NCBI GenBank assembly: GCA_938039195.1
Contig: CALHVK010000115.1
Coordinates: 4,882 to 68,881 of the forward strand
From: an uncultured Carnobacteriaceae bacterium
GTDB taxonomy: Bacteria; Bacillota; Bacilli; Lactobacillales; Aerococcaceae
Reading direction: 5' to 3'
Length of the DNA: 64,000 nt
Positions 63,303 through 64,000 of the stretch are shown in pieces. Within the stretch, counting starts at the first letter, position 1, and each line of letters opens with the position of its first letter. The position numbers were made by a program, and so were the translations under genes. The notes under the pieces were generated by a model. It saw nothing but the letters and a program-made list of their open reading frames with translations, did not search any database and was not told the DNA's origin.

Positions 63303-63418
63303 GTGAAACGTTGAGACCCGTGCCCTTAACGTTTCCGCTAGTGTAGGAATTGGAAGGGGGAGAAGCTAAATACTCTCACAGCTTCTCTGTCCATCCATCC
63401 TCGAATATATAACCGTAG

Positions 63419-63454
63419 AAAAAGAGGTCTATTCATTTGAATAGACCTCTTTTT
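63419..63454. terminator. Bidirectional terminator
   Basis: AAAAAGAGGTCTATTC/GAATAGACCTCTTTTT. Confidence 0.88.
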
Positions 63455-63999
63455 TATTGAACTGGATATTCTGTATACATTTCTCCAAGACTTTCAAACT
63501 CCACTTGATTTTGCAAAAGCTCAATGATGGCTGCTTGGAAGCCTTCGACCTCTTGAACAGGGAGGCTGCAGGTGAATTGAACATTATTGAGGAAGACTTT
63601 ATCGACGATGGGAATATTTTGCGTCTGACAATAATATTCCACTTTTCCTACATGTGCGTAATCAAAGGTTAGGGCAAGTTGGTCCTCTAGTCGGCATTCG
63701 ACGATTCCGATGGCTTTCAACCCTTCGCTTACAGCCCCAGAATACGCACGAACGAGTCCGCCAGCACCTAGCTTCGTTCCGCCGAAGTAACGTGTCACTA
63801 CGACCGCGACATCCTTTAATTCATTTTTCTTAAGAACTTCTAGCATCGGAACGCCTGCGGTACCACTTGGCTCACCGTCATCCATCGCACGCTGCACTTG
63901 GTCGTTTTCCCCAATGAGAAAAGCAGAGCAGTTATGCGTTGCCTTCCAATGTTCTTTTTTGATAGCTTGGATAAATTCGAGCGCTTGTTCTTCGTCTGT
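63454..63999 (-). CDS. yigZ: YigZ/IMPACT family protein (5' end outside window)
   Basis: HWKATHNC, DDGEPSGTAG.PM, VTRYFGGTKLGAGGLVRAY; frame is open to the window end. Confidence 0.93.
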   Translation of the reverse strand, partial: TDEEQALEFIQAIKKEHWKATHNCSAFLIGENDQVQRAMDDGEPSGTAGVPMLEVLKKNELKDVAVVVTRYFGGTKLGAGGLVRAYSGAVSEGLKAIGIVECRLEDQLALTFDYAHVGKVEYYCQTQNIPIVDKVFLNNVQFTCSLPVQEVEGFQAAIIELLQNQVEFESLGEMYTEYPVQ

Positions 64000-64000
64000 T

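Overview
Low-GC Firmicutes chromosomal segment (order Lactobacillales; gene content and order suggest a Granulicatella/Carnobacteriaceae-like organism, which is inference only). It is mostly core genome: prfA-prmC-sua5-glyA-upp, the F1Fo atpBEFHAGDC operon, a minus-strand redox cluster, secG-est-rnr-smpB, a vex1-3/vncRS-like ABC exporter plus two-component system, a pckA-oadA-oadG-biotin carrier-oadB operon, comFA/comFC, gldA, hpf-secA-prfB (+1 frameshift)-ftsEX, Met T-box metQNI, Pro T-box proS, galT, tsaB-rimI(double)-tsaD, rpmE2, DUF368, degV, coiA, udp-deoC and rpoBC. I saw no rRNA, tRNA, CRISPR array, transposase or prophage. The most interesting signals are: (1) a ~220-nt structured udp-deoC leader whose apical loop is complementary to the ribosome-binding region (candidate nucleoside-responsive RNA switch); (2) a PEP carboxykinase plus Na+-type oxaloacetate decarboxylase operon with no adjacent citrate genes (possible ion-pumping bypass of pyruvate kinase); (3) a shared 16-bp palindromic unit occurring as tandem pairs in two convergent intergenic regions; (4) two 200-270 nt cruciform/MITE-like elements; (5) a structured atp leader. 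All calls are from reading the sequence by eye; no searches or folding were run.
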